Source: Mobula hypostoma
Lineage: Eukaryota
DNA: 64,000 bases
Reading direction: 5' to 3'
NCBI RefSeq assembly: GCF_963921235.1
Contig: NC_086097.1
Location: forward strand, 223,574,001 to 223,638,000
A program made the position numbers and the translations under genes. The notes below the pieces were generated by a model. The model had not been told where the DNA came from. It saw only the letters and a program-made list of their open reading frames with translations, and did no database searches. Shown here piece after piece: positions 62,805-64,000 of the stretch (the first letter of the stretch is position 1; each line of letters starts with the position of its first letter).

Positions 62805-63985
62805 CAACATCATCCGTCAGTTCCACGAAGGCATGGAAGGCCACATCAGCATGTGTGGTGAGTTGTCAGACCCATTTCCCATCAGCAACAGAGTAAGACA
62901 GCTCCTGCTCTGTTTAGACTATTCTTCGCTGCTGTTCTTCAGGATGCCACATCAGACCTGAAGTCAGGGGTCTTCCTACAAACGAGGGCTGATGGCGGGC
63001 TCCTCAACCTCACAAGACTGAGAGCAAAAACAAAAGTCAGGGACATTGTGGCGCATGAGCTACAGTTTGCTGATGACTGTGCACTGGTTGCCCACTCTCT
63101 CGAAGACTTACAGGAGATCACCAGTCGCTTTGTCAGTGCAGCCAAAAGCTTCGGATTGACAACACTCGTCTCACTGTCAACAAGTTTTGCTACCTGGGCA
63201 GCATAATAACATCCTCAGCTTCTCTGGATGCAGAGATTGAGTCAAGAACCAGAAAAGCCTGCTTTGCCTTTGGTCAGTTGAAAGATCGAGTTTGGTCACA
63301 GAACATCAGGTTGGCCACCAAGTGCAAGGTATACAGGGCTGTTGTCATATCAACCTTGTTATACGGATGTGAGACATGGTGCCCATATCAGAGACACTTA
63401 CGCCAGCTTGTCCAACTGCAGCAGCGTCACCTACGCTCTCTGATGAAGATCACCTGGCGAGACAAGGTCTCCAATACCAAGGGTCCTCTCTCGAGCTGGA
63501 ATGCCAGCAGTTTCAACCTTGGTGATGTCAGCCCAACTGCGCTGGGCAGGAAATGTTTTCAGAGTGCCTGACGGAAGACTGCCCAACATCTTGTATGGTT
63601 AACTGTCCAGTGGTACCCGAAAATGAGGAGACCAGCGACTACAGTACAAGGAAGTTCTGCACAGGAGCCTCAAGAAAGCTGACATTGCCCCATCAACATG
63701 GGAGGATCTGGTTTAAGATCGCGCACAGTAGAGGGACGCCATCAGAAAAGGTGTGGACGCTGCTGAGAACGAGCTCAACGAGGCAATAGAGGAAAGGTAC
63801 AGGAAGCGCCACAACAGAGCTTCTGCCCCTGCTGCCCCTCCAGGCCTCACTTGCCAAGTATGTGGCAAGCAGTGTCTGTCAAGGATCGGCCTGTACAGCC
63901 ACTCCAGGACACACATATCAAAGCCCACTAACTGACTGAAAGGAACCATCATCATCCTATGGGATGGATAGCCAGAGAGATAGGT
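62805..63985 (+). mobile_element. RTE-clade (BovB-like) LINE 3' part, decayed
   Basis: QFHEGM, LQFADDCALVAH, KFCYLGS and YRAVV.STLLYGCETW motifs; C-terminal zinc finger CQVCGKQCLSRIGLYSHSRTH. Confidence 0.88.
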
Positions 63986-64000
63986 ACATGCAGCTTAGAA

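Overview
Eukaryotic (vertebrate) genomic DNA, most likely a cartilaginous fish such as a ray or shark, judged from the repeat landscape (CR1, Rex1/Babar-like, L1, RTE, Penelope, V-SINE-like, Tc1, hAT-Buster, Tigger). The host gene is UBE2W on the minus strand. Its last three coding exons are at 49608-49763, 25168-25243 and 15461-15474, followed by a repeat-poor, probably ~4.4 kb 3'UTR. I did not find the 5' exons, which probably lie to the right of the window. At the left end a CpG-island promoter with six CCAAT boxes and a leftward splice donor marks the start of the next minus-strand gene, which by vertebrate synteny may be STAU2 (inference only). The introns are packed with nested mobile elements. 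The most notable observations are: (1) minimal type I hammerhead ribozyme motifs in short Penelope-like fold-back insertions, one with a fully intact core; (2) two TSD-bounded copies of the same L1 family in inverted orientation around the 76-nt penultimate UBE2W exon; (3) a head-to-head Rex1-like dimer inside a multi-layer nest. I found nothing I can support as a wholly new biological system. Boundaries of decayed repeats are approximate.
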